Origin: an uncultured Chloroflexia bacterium
Lineage (GTDB): Bacteria > Chloroflexota > Limnocylindria > Limnocylindrales > CSP1-4
Direction of reading: 5' to 3'
DNA length: 64,000 nt
Assembly: GCA_963748625.1 (NCBI GenBank)
Contig: CAVVJT010000010.1
Coordinates: 736,001 to 800,000 of the forward strand
Shown: positions 9,912 to 18,460 of the stretch, piece after piece
How the letters are laid out: each line of letters begins with the position of its first letter
Numbering within the stretch: position 1 is the stretch's first letter
Translations under genes and position numbers: made by a program
Notes under the pieces: generated by a model
Databases searched by the model: none
Seen by the model: only the letters and a program-made list of their open reading frames with translations
Told to the model about the DNA's origin: nothing

Positions 9912-10646
9912 CTAGCCCCGCGTCGATCGGCGCCGCTGGACAAGGGCCGGTATCGAGTAGTTGTCCATCGCCCGACCCAGCTGGGCGCTCATGCCGTACT
10001 CCTGCACCACCTGCTCGTTCGTGGGCGCATTGGGGAGCTTGACCATCGCGGCGTACTGGCGCAGCTCGGGCAGCATCGCGATCGCCCACATGGCCAGCAC
10101 GGCCACCATGAAGGCGACAGCGGCGGGATCTCCTGTTGTCAGCCACAGCCAGGGCACCATCAGGATGAATCCGGTCCACTCCAGCACGAGGATGTTGCCG
10201 GCGAGGAACCCGATGACCATCCCGAGGGTGAGCATGAGGACCAGCCCGATCGGGTCGATGACGAGCAGGGCGCCCATGATGGCGGATTCGCCCCGGCCGC
10301 CCTTGAAGCGGTGGTAGACGGGCCAGTTGTGCCCCGCGACGCCCGCGGCCGCCGCAAGGTAGAGGTAGGGCTCGCCCGGGTACAGGAGGCGCAGGACGAG
10401 CACCGGGACCGCGACTTTCGCCATGTCCAGGAACGCGACCAGGAGTCCGTACTTCTTCCCCAGCTTCATACGCACGGACGTGGCGCTCACCGCATCGCTG
10501 GTGAACGTCACCCCGTCGCCCACCTCGGTGACGATGTAGGTCACGTCCACGGTGCGATCGACCCGGCGGGCGACGAGGCGCGCGAACGAGATGGAGCCGA
10601 GGAGGTAGCCCGTGGCCACAGCCAGCAGTGCGATCGCGGGTTCCAT
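9912..10646 (-). CDS. PlsY/YgiH-like glycerol-3-phosphate acyltransferase paralogue (divergent)
   Basis: Motifs GYLLGSI, FLDMAK and GHNWPVYHRFKGGRG are present. The canonical GSGNxGxTN and C-terminal HxxNI motifs are not evident. RBS GGAGG. Confidence 0.8.
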   Translation of the reverse strand: MEPAIALLAVATGYLLGSISFARLVARRVDRTVDVTYIVTEVGDGVTFTSDAVSATSVRMKLGKKYGLLVAFLDMAKVAVPVLVLRLLYPGEPYLYLAAAAGVAGHNWPVYHRFKGGRGESAIMGALLVIDPIGLVLMLTLGMVIGFLAGNILVLEWTGFILMVPWLWLTTGDPAAVAFMVAVLAMWAIAMLPELRQYAAMVKLPNAPTNEQVVQEYGMSAQLGRAMDNYSIPALVQRRRSTRG

Positions 10647-10838
10647 GCGCAGCCTCCCGTGCCGGCCGGGGACGCGCCGGAACCACCCTGGACCGGGTCG
10701 CCGGCACCTTCCACCGTGATGATCCCACTGTAGCGGTCGACAGCGTGAACTCCCCGCCACGCAGGGTGAGGACCCCCGCAACGGAGACGATGCACGGGAT
10801 TCCATGCTCGCGCACCACGCGAGACGCGCCACGCGACC

Positions 10839-10926
10839 TGGCGGAGCGGGTGAGATTCGAACTCACGAGGGCTTGCACCCCGGCGGTTTTCAAGACCGCT
10901 GCCATCAACCACTCGGCCACCGCTCC
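10839..10926 (-). tRNA. tRNA-Ser (anticodon TGA)
   Basis: GGAGCGG acceptor stem, GCGGT-CTTGAAA-ACCGC anticodon arm, long variable arm, GTTCGAATC T-loop and encoded CCA. TATCCT -10 box lies just upstream. Confidence 0.97.
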
Positions 10927-10976
10927 ACTTCCGAGGATACCAAGGCCCTCGACGACGGCACCGCCGCTGGCTCAGG

Positions 10977-11171
10977 ATGGCGCCAGGTCGATCGAACTGC
11001 CCGAGGTCAGGCGACCCTTTCTCTGCGGGGGGATGGACCACCGCTGACTTGTTGCCGCCGTTCCACGAGTTCGGCCCGGCGTTCGGCCCGCTCTCACTGG
11101 TCGAGGAGCCCGCACCGCCGGACGACGGGCGGGCTGGCGAGTTCTCGTTCGCCGACGAGGACGCCGACTGA
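10977..11171 (+). CDS. Possible small acidic peptide (uncertain)
   Basis: The 3' half has coding-like codon use (..EFSFADEDAD). The start is unclear and no family is recognised. Confidence 0.25.
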   Translation: MAPGRSNCPRSGDPFSAGGWTTADLLPPFHEFGPAFGPLSLVEEPAPPDDGRAGEFSFADEDAD

Positions 11172-11254
11172 CCTTCCAGGCATCCGCCAGGGCCGACGAC
11201 TCCCGGCCCGCGCGCGGGGCCGCCGGTCCCGCTCCTCACGTCGAAGGTGGAGCC

Positions 11255-12181
11255 TCAGTGCTCCAGTCCTTCCGCGCGGGCCCGGCCGGCAGGGAGGCCG
11301 GCTGCGAATGCGGCAAGGAGCAGCAGCCACATGAGCGACCCGGCGACCGAGACCACCGAGAGGAGACCACTAGCCGCCAGGGCCGCGTCAGGGACGGCCA
11401 TGTAGAACAGGCCCGCAAGAAGGCTCCAGAGGCCCTCGGCGAGCATGCCCCAGGCCGCGACGGCGGCCAGCCGCCACCCTGTCGCTGGCGCCTCGCCCGC
11501 GTGCGCGCCCTCCAGCGCCTCGACCGCGAGCACGGCCCAGGCGATGCCGACTGCGAGGCCCGCCACGTTCGAGACAAGGAACGCGCCGAGCATGTCCTCC
11601 TGCCCCTCCGTGCCAAGGAGCGCCGACGTGGCGATGACCGCCGTGGCGACCGGGACCGCGAGCGCGACGACCAGGAGCCGCCGTTCGGGCAGCCGCGAGG
11701 CACGGGTCCGGGCCGCACGGAGCCCCCGCCCGAGCGCGAGCAGGCCGCCGGCCGCGGCGAGCGTGACCGCAACCTGGTACGCCATCGACCAGGGGCTTGG
11801 CCCGAAGGACTCGGTGTCGCCGGCAAGTCCGTCGATCAGGCCCAGGACGTTGCCCCGGAAGGTGCCCGCGAGCACGCTCGCGGCCAGCAGGGCGCAGCCG
11901 AGCACGAGGGTCCGATGCTCCACGAGGGCGTCAGGATGGCGCACGAACAGTGCGGCGCCGAGGAGGGGGGCGGCGACACGACCGGCGATCGCCAAGGAGA
12001 CGGACAGCGTCGTTGCGGGCTCGTCGATCGACGACGAGAGGAGGTCGCTTGCGGCCCGCCACGCCACCAGGGCGGCGACCGCGAGAAATGCCCACGCGGA
12101 CCCGGGGATCCGAGCCGTCCAGTCGGGCAGGTGCGGCCCGCGCGGCTCCTCCCACGTCGGCTCCGGTCGATCCACCGTCAT
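11255..12181 (-). CDS. Hypothetical multi-pass membrane protein
   Basis: About 8 hydrophobic segments from MTVDRPEPTW, with GC3-rich codons. Confidence 0.7.
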   Translation of the reverse strand: MTVDRPEPTWEEPRGPHLPDWTARIPGSAWAFLAVAALVAWRAASDLLSSSIDEPATTLSVSLAIAGRVAAPLLGAALFVRHPDALVEHRTLVLGCALLAASVLAGTFRGNVLGLIDGLAGDTESFGPSPWSMAYQVAVTLAAAGGLLALGRGLRAARTRASRLPERRLLVVALAVPVATAVIATSALLGTEGQEDMLGAFLVSNVAGLAVGIAWAVLAVEALEGAHAGEAPATGWRLAAVAAWGMLAEGLWSLLAGLFYMAVPDAALAASGLLSVVSVAGSLMWLLLLAAFAAGLPAGRARAEGLEH

Positions 12182-12428
12182 GAGCCCTGCAGTCCCCCTG
12201 TCGCTCCTGCGTCGCGCCCACCCTCGGCCGGCGCAGTCGGCCATGGCAGGACCGGGCTCGCTGCGGGCAGGCGGCCGCCGGTGCGATTGTCGCATCCGAC
12301 ACTCGCCCCGCGAACCTGCATGGGTTGCGGCGAGGCGTCAGGACAGCCTTGCAGATCTGCACGATCGGCCATTGCCAGGGGTCGTGGCGCGCGACCACAC
12401 TGGCGACGGTCAGTCCGAGCGAGGACGA

Positions 12429-14243
12429 GTGATCTTGAGCGCGCCCCGCACCCACAAGCCAGGCAACCAGCAGGCAGCACGCGCCGGCGGCGTGGCAGCC
12501 GATGCGCGCGATCGCGACGCACCCGCCGGCGCGCGCTCCGAGGAGCCCGACAGCCGGCTCGAGTTGCTGGCGGCAGGCGGGAAGGGACCCGTGGACTCGA
12601 GGCTGCTGGGCAGCGTCCAGCGGGCAGCCGGCAATCAGGCGACGGCGCAGCTGGTCAAGGACCGCCTCCACAACGGGGTGTCCACGGTCCAACGGCGGGT
12701 CGTCCCGGGCGAGCAGGGCTGGCTCCGGGGCCTGCTCGCGGCGCGGGCCGGCGATCTCTCCACCCGCATCGGCGCCGACCCGGCCGCACGCCTCCTCGGG
12801 CTCGACATGGGTGACCGCGTGGACACGGTCGCCAGCCTGCGAGCCGACGTGGACGCCTTCGAGGTCGCGGTGGGTTCCGCGCCCGGCTTCACCGACCCGA
12901 ACGCGGCCCGGATCGTGAGCGCGCTCGAGGACTCGCAGACGACCGACGCGCTCGGCACGCGCCTCGTCACGCTGTTCCAGGCATCGGTGGACCCGCTGAT
13001 CGGCCTCGCCTGCCTGGTCACGATCGACCGGGACCGGATCCGGGCGGCCCTGCAGGGGGACGTGGCGAGGACCCAGGCCGCCCTCGCGCGCCTCACGGCG
13101 CGCCTCGCAGGCGTGACCATCCCGCCGGGCCTGACCTCGGCCAACACGTTCCTCACGACCCTGGGCGGCGAGCTCGCCGCACCCGCGACCGCCGGCGTGA
13201 CTGCATCCACAGCAGCGCGTGAGGCCCGCGTCGAGCACATCCTCACCCCGCCCGCAGTCGCCGCGGCACGCGCCGAGGCCGCCCGTGCGGGGCGCCCGCC
13301 GCCCGCCTTCACCGAGCCCGGCTACTACAGCGACCTCATCGAGGCGCTCCACCGGGTTGCGACCGACAGCTACCGGTCCGCTGACCAGGTGAACCGCCGC
13401 GCGCCCATGGACATGAGCTCGGGCGGCCGCGTCGAGCAGATCGCGCTGCAGGCCAAGCAGCGGGTGGACCGGCTGTTCGGCGTGTTCGGCTCCGCCGCCA
13501 CGCCCCGGATGCGGATGGGCGTCAACCTGTTCGACCAGTCGGCACGGGCCGGCGACCCGCGGGACATGGCGCGCTGGTTCGTCGAGGACTCGGGCGACGC
13601 GCGAATCCAGCATGTCGACGAGACCCATCATGCCTTCGGCGTGGACCGCGCGAACGTGATCCGCCAGGACGTGATCGACCACTACAGCAACACCGCGCCC
13701 GCCTCTGGGAACCCGCCTGCCGCGGGGCTGGACGCGCGCCTCGGGCTCGACGGCCCCGAGCGCCTGCGCAGGCTCACCCTGACCGACCGGATGTGGCCGG
13801 GGATGCAGCAGGCCGGCCGCGTCTACCTGACGCCACGTGAGGGCCGGACGCCTGCCCAGACGCGCGCCCTGTACTGGGACCTCTTCAAGACGTGCATGCA
13901 CGAGTACCTGCACACCGCGGCCCATCCCGCCTACACCCGCTGGTATGACCGGCTCCAGGATCCGCACCACAAGATCACGTACCAGGAGGGCTTCACCGAC
14001 TGGTTCACGCTGCGGACGTGGCGCTCGGTGTTCCCGGGCGAGGTTGCCTCGAACACGGCGTTCCGCCAGACCATCCAGGGCTCCGCTGACGTGGACCTGC
14101 CGGCTGCCACGGGCGACCCATCGCACTACCCCGAGATGGAGGAGGCACGACAGATGGAGGGCGAGATCGGGCTCGCGAACATGAAGGCCGCCTACTTCCG
14201 CGGCAACACCGCGGTCCTCGGCGGCGGAAGGCTGCCCCGCTGA
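12429..14243 (+). CDS. Putative secreted/effector zinc metallopeptidase (gluzincin-like) with N-terminal QRxxGN leader
   Basis: N-terminal LGSVQRAAGNQATAQLV..TVQR and C-terminal HEYLH (13899-13913)-X24-EGFT. The start (GTG 12429 or TTG 12435) follows GAGGA. Confidence 0.72.
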   Translation: MILSAPRTHKPGNQQAARAGGVAADARDRDAPAGARSEEPDSRLELLAAGGKGPVDSRLLGSVQRAAGNQATAQLVKDRLHNGVSTVQRRVVPGEQGWLRGLLAARAGDLSTRIGADPAARLLGLDMGDRVDTVASLRADVDAFEVAVGSAPGFTDPNAARIVSALEDSQTTDALGTRLVTLFQASVDPLIGLACLVTIDRDRIRAALQGDVARTQAALARLTARLAGVTIPPGLTSANTFLTTLGGELAAPATAGVTASTAAREARVEHILTPPAVAAARAEAARAGRPPPAFTEPGYYSDLIEALHRVATDSYRSADQVNRRAPMDMSSGGRVEQIALQAKQRVDRLFGVFGSAATPRMRMGVNLFDQSARAGDPRDMARWFVEDSGDARIQHVDETHHAFGVDRANVIRQDVIDHYSNTAPASGNPPAAGLDARLGLDGPERLRRLTLTDRMWPGMQQAGRVYLTPREGRTPAQTRALYWDLFKTCMHEYLHTAAHPAYTRWYDRLQDPHHKITYQEGFTDWFTLRTWRSVFPGEVASNTAFRQTIQGSADVDLPAATGDPSHYPEMEEARQMEGEIGLANMKAAYFRGNTAVLGGGRLPR

Positions 14244-14725
14244 TGAGCGCGACGTCGGACCTGCGGGACGCCGTCACCGGGCGCGTCGATCGCTGGACCT
14301 GGACGCCCGGGCTGGACCCGGCCACCGTCGCCGACGCGCTCGGGACGTCGGTGTCCACGGGACCGATCCAGTACGCCGGCATCCTGCGCCAGGCAGGAAC
14401 GCTGCAGGTTCCGGGAGCTCCGTGGCCGGTGTGGGCGGTCTGGGACGACGACGGGGAGCTCCTCCTCATCGAGGTACTTGAGCCGCCGGCAGCGCCGAGA
14501 GCCGCCGAGGCCATCGCCGCATTCGGCGAGCCGGAGGCGAGGATCGGCCGAGCCCGCGGCCCGCACCCCAGCAATGAGCAGCTCGCCTACCCCTCGCGAG
14601 GCTTCACCCTGTTCGCGTGGCTCGAGGCTGCGCCCGCTGCCGTGTGGCTGTACCGCCCGATGGATTTCGACAACTACGTTGCCGAGCTCGGCGCGACGAT
14701 TCCCCCTACCCGCCAGCGACGTTGA
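14243..14725 (+). CDS. Hypothetical protein coupled to the upstream peptidase (candidate immunity/partner)
   Basis: TGATG stop/start overlap; 160 aa with [13 protein letters not shown] and GC3-rich codons. Confidence 0.7.
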   Translation: MSATSDLRDAVTGRVDRWTWTPGLDPATVADALGTSVSTGPIQYAGILRQAGTLQVPGAPWPVWAVWDDDGELLLIEVLEPPAAPRAAEAIAAFGEPEARIGRARGPHPSNEQLAYPSRGFTLFAWLEAAPAAVWLYRPMDFDNYVAELGATIPPTRQRR

Positions 14726-14740
14726 CGAGGAAGGACCGCC

Positions 14741-14941
14741 ATGGACCATGCGAACGCCCGCGTCGAGCGGGACCACCGGACCCCCGCCCAGACCCCAGCA
14801 TCACGGCCGCGGCCGGAGCGGAGTCCCGAGCAGGACATCCTCGAGCTCCAGCGGACAGCCGGCAATCGGGCCGTCGCGGAAGCGCTGGCGCCGGTCCAGC
14901 GCCACAGCCTCGATCCCGAGAATATGGAGCAGCAGCCGTAG
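14741..14941 (+). CDS. 66-aa peptide consisting mainly of the [13 protein letters not shown] motif
   Basis: Strong RBS (GAGGAAGGA) before the ATG. It carries the same motif as the N-terminus of the 12429 protein. Confidence 0.75.
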   Translation: MDHANARVERDHRTPAQTPASRPRPERSPEQDILELQRTAGNRAVAEALAPVQRHSLDPENMEQQP

Positions 14942-15038
14942 GTGCGGCGGACCTGCCGGCAGTAGCGCCGCCCGTACCGCCTCGCCGACGCCTCACCCCC
15001 GGACGGGGCGATCCGCGCGGACCCGGTATCGTTCGGGC

Positions 15039-15794
15039 GTGATCCGTGCGCCCTTTGCCAACCGCGACCTCGCGGACGGCCATCTCATCGATCTACGGGA
15101 CGTCGTCAAGGACTACGTCACCGACGCCGGGCCGTTCCGTGCGCTCAAGGAGGTCAGCCTCCAGGTGGACGCGGGCGAGTTCATCGCGGTCGTCGGGCGG
15201 TCGGGGTGTGGCAAGTCCACGCTGATGAACATGATCACCGGCATCGACCGCGCCACGGCCGGCACGCTCCACGTCGGGGGCACCGAGCTCGCGCGGCTGT
15301 CCGAGAGCCGCATGGCGCAGTGGCGGGGCCGGACCGTGGGCGTGATCTTCCAGTTCTTCCAGCTGCTGCCCACGCTGACGGTCGTCGAGAACGTGATGCT
15401 TCCGATGGACTTCGCGGGGCTCTGGTCGCCCAAGGAGCGCTACGAGCGCGCGATGGCGCTGCTCGAGATGGTGGATATGACCGACCAGGCGACCAAGCTG
15501 CCGGCCTCCACCTCGGGCGGCCAGCAGCAGCGGACCGCCATCGCCCGGTCCCTTGCCAACGACCCGCCGATCATCGTCGCCGATGAGCCGACCGGCAACC
15601 TCGACGCCGCCACGGCCGAGGAGGTGTTCGAGCTGTTCGAATCCCTCGTCCAGGGTGGCCGCACCATCGTGATGGTCACGCACGACCCCGACCTGGCGGT
15701 GAGGACCCGGCGCACGGTGCACATGGTCGACGGGCGGATCATGGACGGCACGCTCGACCCCGCCGCGGCCGCGCTCGCGCCCGCCTCGATCTGA
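15039..15794 (+). CDS. ABC transporter ATP-binding protein (LolD/MacB-type)
   Basis: Walker A GRSGCGKS, signature [20 protein letters not shown] and MVTHD. Confidence 0.93.
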   Translation: MIRAPFANRDLADGHLIDLRDVVKDYVTDAGPFRALKEVSLQVDAGEFIAVVGRSGCGKSTLMNMITGIDRATAGTLHVGGTELARLSESRMAQWRGRTVGVIFQFFQLLPTLTVVENVMLPMDFAGLWSPKERYERAMALLEMVDMTDQATKLPASTSGGQQQRTAIARSLANDPPIIVADEPTGNLDAATAEEVFELFESLVQGGRTIVMVTHDPDLAVRTRRTVHMVDGRIMDGTLDPAAAALAPASI

Positions 15795-15807
15795 CCTCGC
15801 GCCTGGC

Positions 15808-16597
15808 TCACACGAGCCAGTGCACCACCCAGACATTGGGATCGAGGTACACCCCCCGGTCGGCCTCGAGGTCGATGTCCACCGGCGCAGCGGCGAATGG
15901 CGGCGTGTACAGCCCGCTCACGGGGAAGGGCAGCCCGGTCCACTCGCGCCACTCCGCGACCGTCCCCTCCATCCGCATGGACTCGGGCTCGCCGCGCACC
16001 ACCCGTCCGCCAAGGCGCACGTGGAGCCGGATCCAGGGGTCGAGCGGAAGACCGTCCTCGCGCACCCGGAACGCGTAGTCGTCGATGTCGGCATAGGGAT
16101 CCTGGTCCTTGGCCGTCGGCCGGACGCAGGCGATGAGCGCGGCGAACCCCTGCTCGAGCGCCAGGGCCTGCATGGCCCGCACCATCACGCCGGCCAATCC
16201 CTGGCCCTGGCGGTCCTTGCGGACCACGATCTGGACCGCGCCGAGGGTGTCCGGGGCGGTGCCCGCATCGAGGCCCCCGAACGTCCGGATGATCTGCTGG
16301 TCCCAGCCCGCCGGGAGGTCGTCCTCGGTCCCGTCCCAGGCGAGGGGCGCGCAGTTGAGGCCGGCGACAGGCTCGCCGGCCGCGTCGAGGAGGCGAGCAC
16401 TGGAACCGCCCGAAGTCGTCGAACAGCCGGTCCCAGTACGCCCAGACCACCCGGTCCTGGAGCATGAACTCGGGCCAGACGGAGCCATTGAGGTGGTCGT
16501 GAGCGCGGGCGAGATCCGGCCGCTCGGCCAGCGAGACCAGCGTGTGGCCGGCCGGAAGCGCCAGGCCGAAGGCGGCGAGGCGCTCCCCGGTGGTCAC
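15808..16597 (-). CDS. GNAT-family acetyltransferase (frameshift near 16397)
   Basis: The N-part (..[14 protein letters not shown]) and the C-part ([38 protein letters not shown]) lie in different frames. Confidence 0.78.
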
Positions 16598-16601
16598 GCG
16601 A

Positions 16602-17078
16602 TCAGGCCTTGACCACCACCGTGCCGGCCATCTTGTCGTGCCAGCCCTGGTGGCGCGTGTCAAAGGCCGCCCAGATGAACCCGATGTAGAAGACCAGGGC
16701 GGAGACGAAGTAGCCGAACAGCCGGACGATCCCGCTCACGAAGTCCATCCGGCCACCGTCCTCAGCCCGGACAACGCGGATCTTGAGCAGCATGTTGCCC
16801 GGCGTCTGGCCGTTGCGGGCCCAGAAGTAGGGGAAGTACACGAGCCACAGGACGAGGAAGACGAGGAAGTACAGGATGATCCCGATACCCGCCAGGAACT
16901 CCCGTCCCGCGCTGCCGGCCATGCCGACCAGCGTGCCCAGTGCGAACGCCAGCGCGACGTTGGCGACGGCCACGATCGACGTGTCGATGAGATACGCGAT
17001 GAACCGGGCGATGAACGCGGCGTACTCGACCCCGGGGGTGGGACCGCTGCCCTGCGACGGCTGGTACGGCTGGGACAC
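16602..17078 (-). CDS. RDD-family membrane protein
   Basis: Motifs [19 protein letters not shown] and [13 protein letters not shown]. Confidence 0.9.
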   Translation of the reverse strand: MSQPYQPSQGSGPTPGVEYAAFIARFIAYLIDTSIVAVANVALAFALGTLVGMAGSAGREFLAGIGIILYFLVFLVLWLVYFPYFWARNGQTPGNMLLKIRVVRAEDGGRMDFVSGIVRLFGYFVSALVFYIGFIWAAFDTRHQGWHDKMAGTVVVKA

Positions 17079-17123
17079 GTGGATTCCTCCTCGAGTTGGG
17101 CGCTCGGCCGACCCGGCGATCCC

Positions 17124-18449
17124 TCAAGCCGGGGCGGGCGCCCCAATCCTATCGGCCCCCATGTACGGGCGCAGCACGTCCGGCACCTCGACGGTCCCGT
17201 CGGCGCGCTGGTAGTGCTCCAGGATCGCGGCGACGATGCGCGGCAGCGCCAGCCCCGAGCCGTTGAGGGTGTGCACGAGCTCCGGCTTGGCACCCTTCTC
17301 GGGGCGGTAGCGGATGGCCATGCGGCGGGCCTGGTAGTCCCCGAAGTTGGAGCAGGAGCTGACCTCCAGCCAGCGCTCGACGGCGGGCGCCCACACCTCC
17401 AGGTCGTACTTCTTGCGCTGGACGAAGCCCATCTCGCCGGTGCTCATCAGGAGCACTCGGTACGGCAGGCCGAGACGCTGGAGCAGGACCTCCGCGCGGG
17501 CGGTCATCCACTCGAGGGCCTCGGGGCTGTCTTCGGGCTTCTCGAACAGCACCATCTCGACCTTGTCGAACTGGTGGACGCGCAGGATGCCCCGGGTGTC
17601 CTTGCCCGCGGCCCCGGCCTCACGACGGAAGCACGGCGAGTAGGCGGCGTACCGGATGGGCAGCTGGTCCGCCTCGAGGATCTCATCGCGATGGAGGTTG
17701 GTGACCGGGACCTCGGCCGTGGGGACCAGGTAGAGGTCGTCGCGGGTGGCGACGTACATCTGGTCCTCCTTGTCCGGGATCTGGCCGGTCCCGCGGGCGG
17801 AGGCCGAGTTCACGACGGCCGGCGGCCAGACCTCGGTGAAGCCGTGCTCGCTGGTGTGGACGTCGAGGAACCACGAGATCAGCGAGCGCTGGAGCCGCGA
17901 ACCCTGGCCCTTGTAGACCGGGAACCCGGAGCCTGCGATCTTGGCGCCGCGCGGGTTGTCGATGAGGTCATGCGCCTCGCCGATCTCCCAATGGGGCTTG
18001 CGCTCCCAGGTGCTGCCGTCGTCGGCAGCGACGACCCGGGCGAGGTTCTCGCCCCAGGTGCGGACCGTGACGTTGGCCTCCTCACCGCCCACGGGAACCT
18101 CGGGGTCGGCGGGGTTGGGGATGCGCAGGAGCAGGTCCTCGAGCTCCTGCTCGGCGGCCGCCAGCTCCGCGTCGATCTGGTCGATGCGGGCGCCGGCCGT
18201 CGTGCTCGCGTCGCGCAGGGCGGCGACCTCGGGCCCGTCGGCCTTCGCCCCACCGCGGATGGCCTCCCCGATGCGCTTGCTGGCCGCGTTCCGCTCAGCC
18301 TTGCGCTGGTCGCTCTCGGCCTGGAGGCGTCGGCGACGGACGTCGGTCTCGATCGCAGCGTCAACCAGCGCCGGATCCTCGCGCTTGTCGATCGCGCCCT
18401 GCCGGATGCGGTCGGGCTCCTCGCGAAGCCGCTGGACACCGACGCTCAT
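17124..18449 (-). CDS. serS: Seryl-tRNA synthetase
   Basis: N-terminal coiled coil, then LVPTAEVP, FRREAG, GILRVHQFDKVE, EVSSCSN and HTLNGSGLA. Confidence 0.97.
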   Translation of the reverse strand: MSVGVQRLREEPDRIRQGAIDKREDPALVDAAIETDVRRRRLQAESDQRKAERNAASKRIGEAIRGGAKADGPEVAALRDASTTAGARIDQIDAELAAAEQELEDLLLRIPNPADPEVPVGGEEANVTVRTWGENLARVVAADDGSTWERKPHWEIGEAHDLIDNPRGAKIAGSGFPVYKGQGSRLQRSLISWFLDVHTSEHGFTEVWPPAVVNSASARGTGQIPDKEDQMYVATRDDLYLVPTAEVPVTNLHRDEILEADQLPIRYAAYSPCFRREAGAAGKDTRGILRVHQFDKVEMVLFEKPEDSPEALEWMTARAEVLLQRLGLPYRVLLMSTGEMGFVQRKKYDLEVWAPAVERWLEVSSCSNFGDYQARRMAIRYRPEKGAKPELVHTLNGSGLALPRIVAAILEHYQRADGTVEVPDVLRPYMGADRIGAPAPA

Positions 18450-18460
18450 CGGATGCCTCC

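Noticed and set aside
7513-10920. 1135-aa ORF suggesting a giant permease that starts inside the tRNA
   Set aside because: The N-terminal part is off-frame read-through of the tRNA and the PlsY-like gene. The real start is 9900.
10839-14941. tRNA-Ser-anchored integrative island
   Set aside because: There is no integrase and I found no duplicated tRNA 3' end. The QRxxGN module lies on the 5' side of the tRNA.
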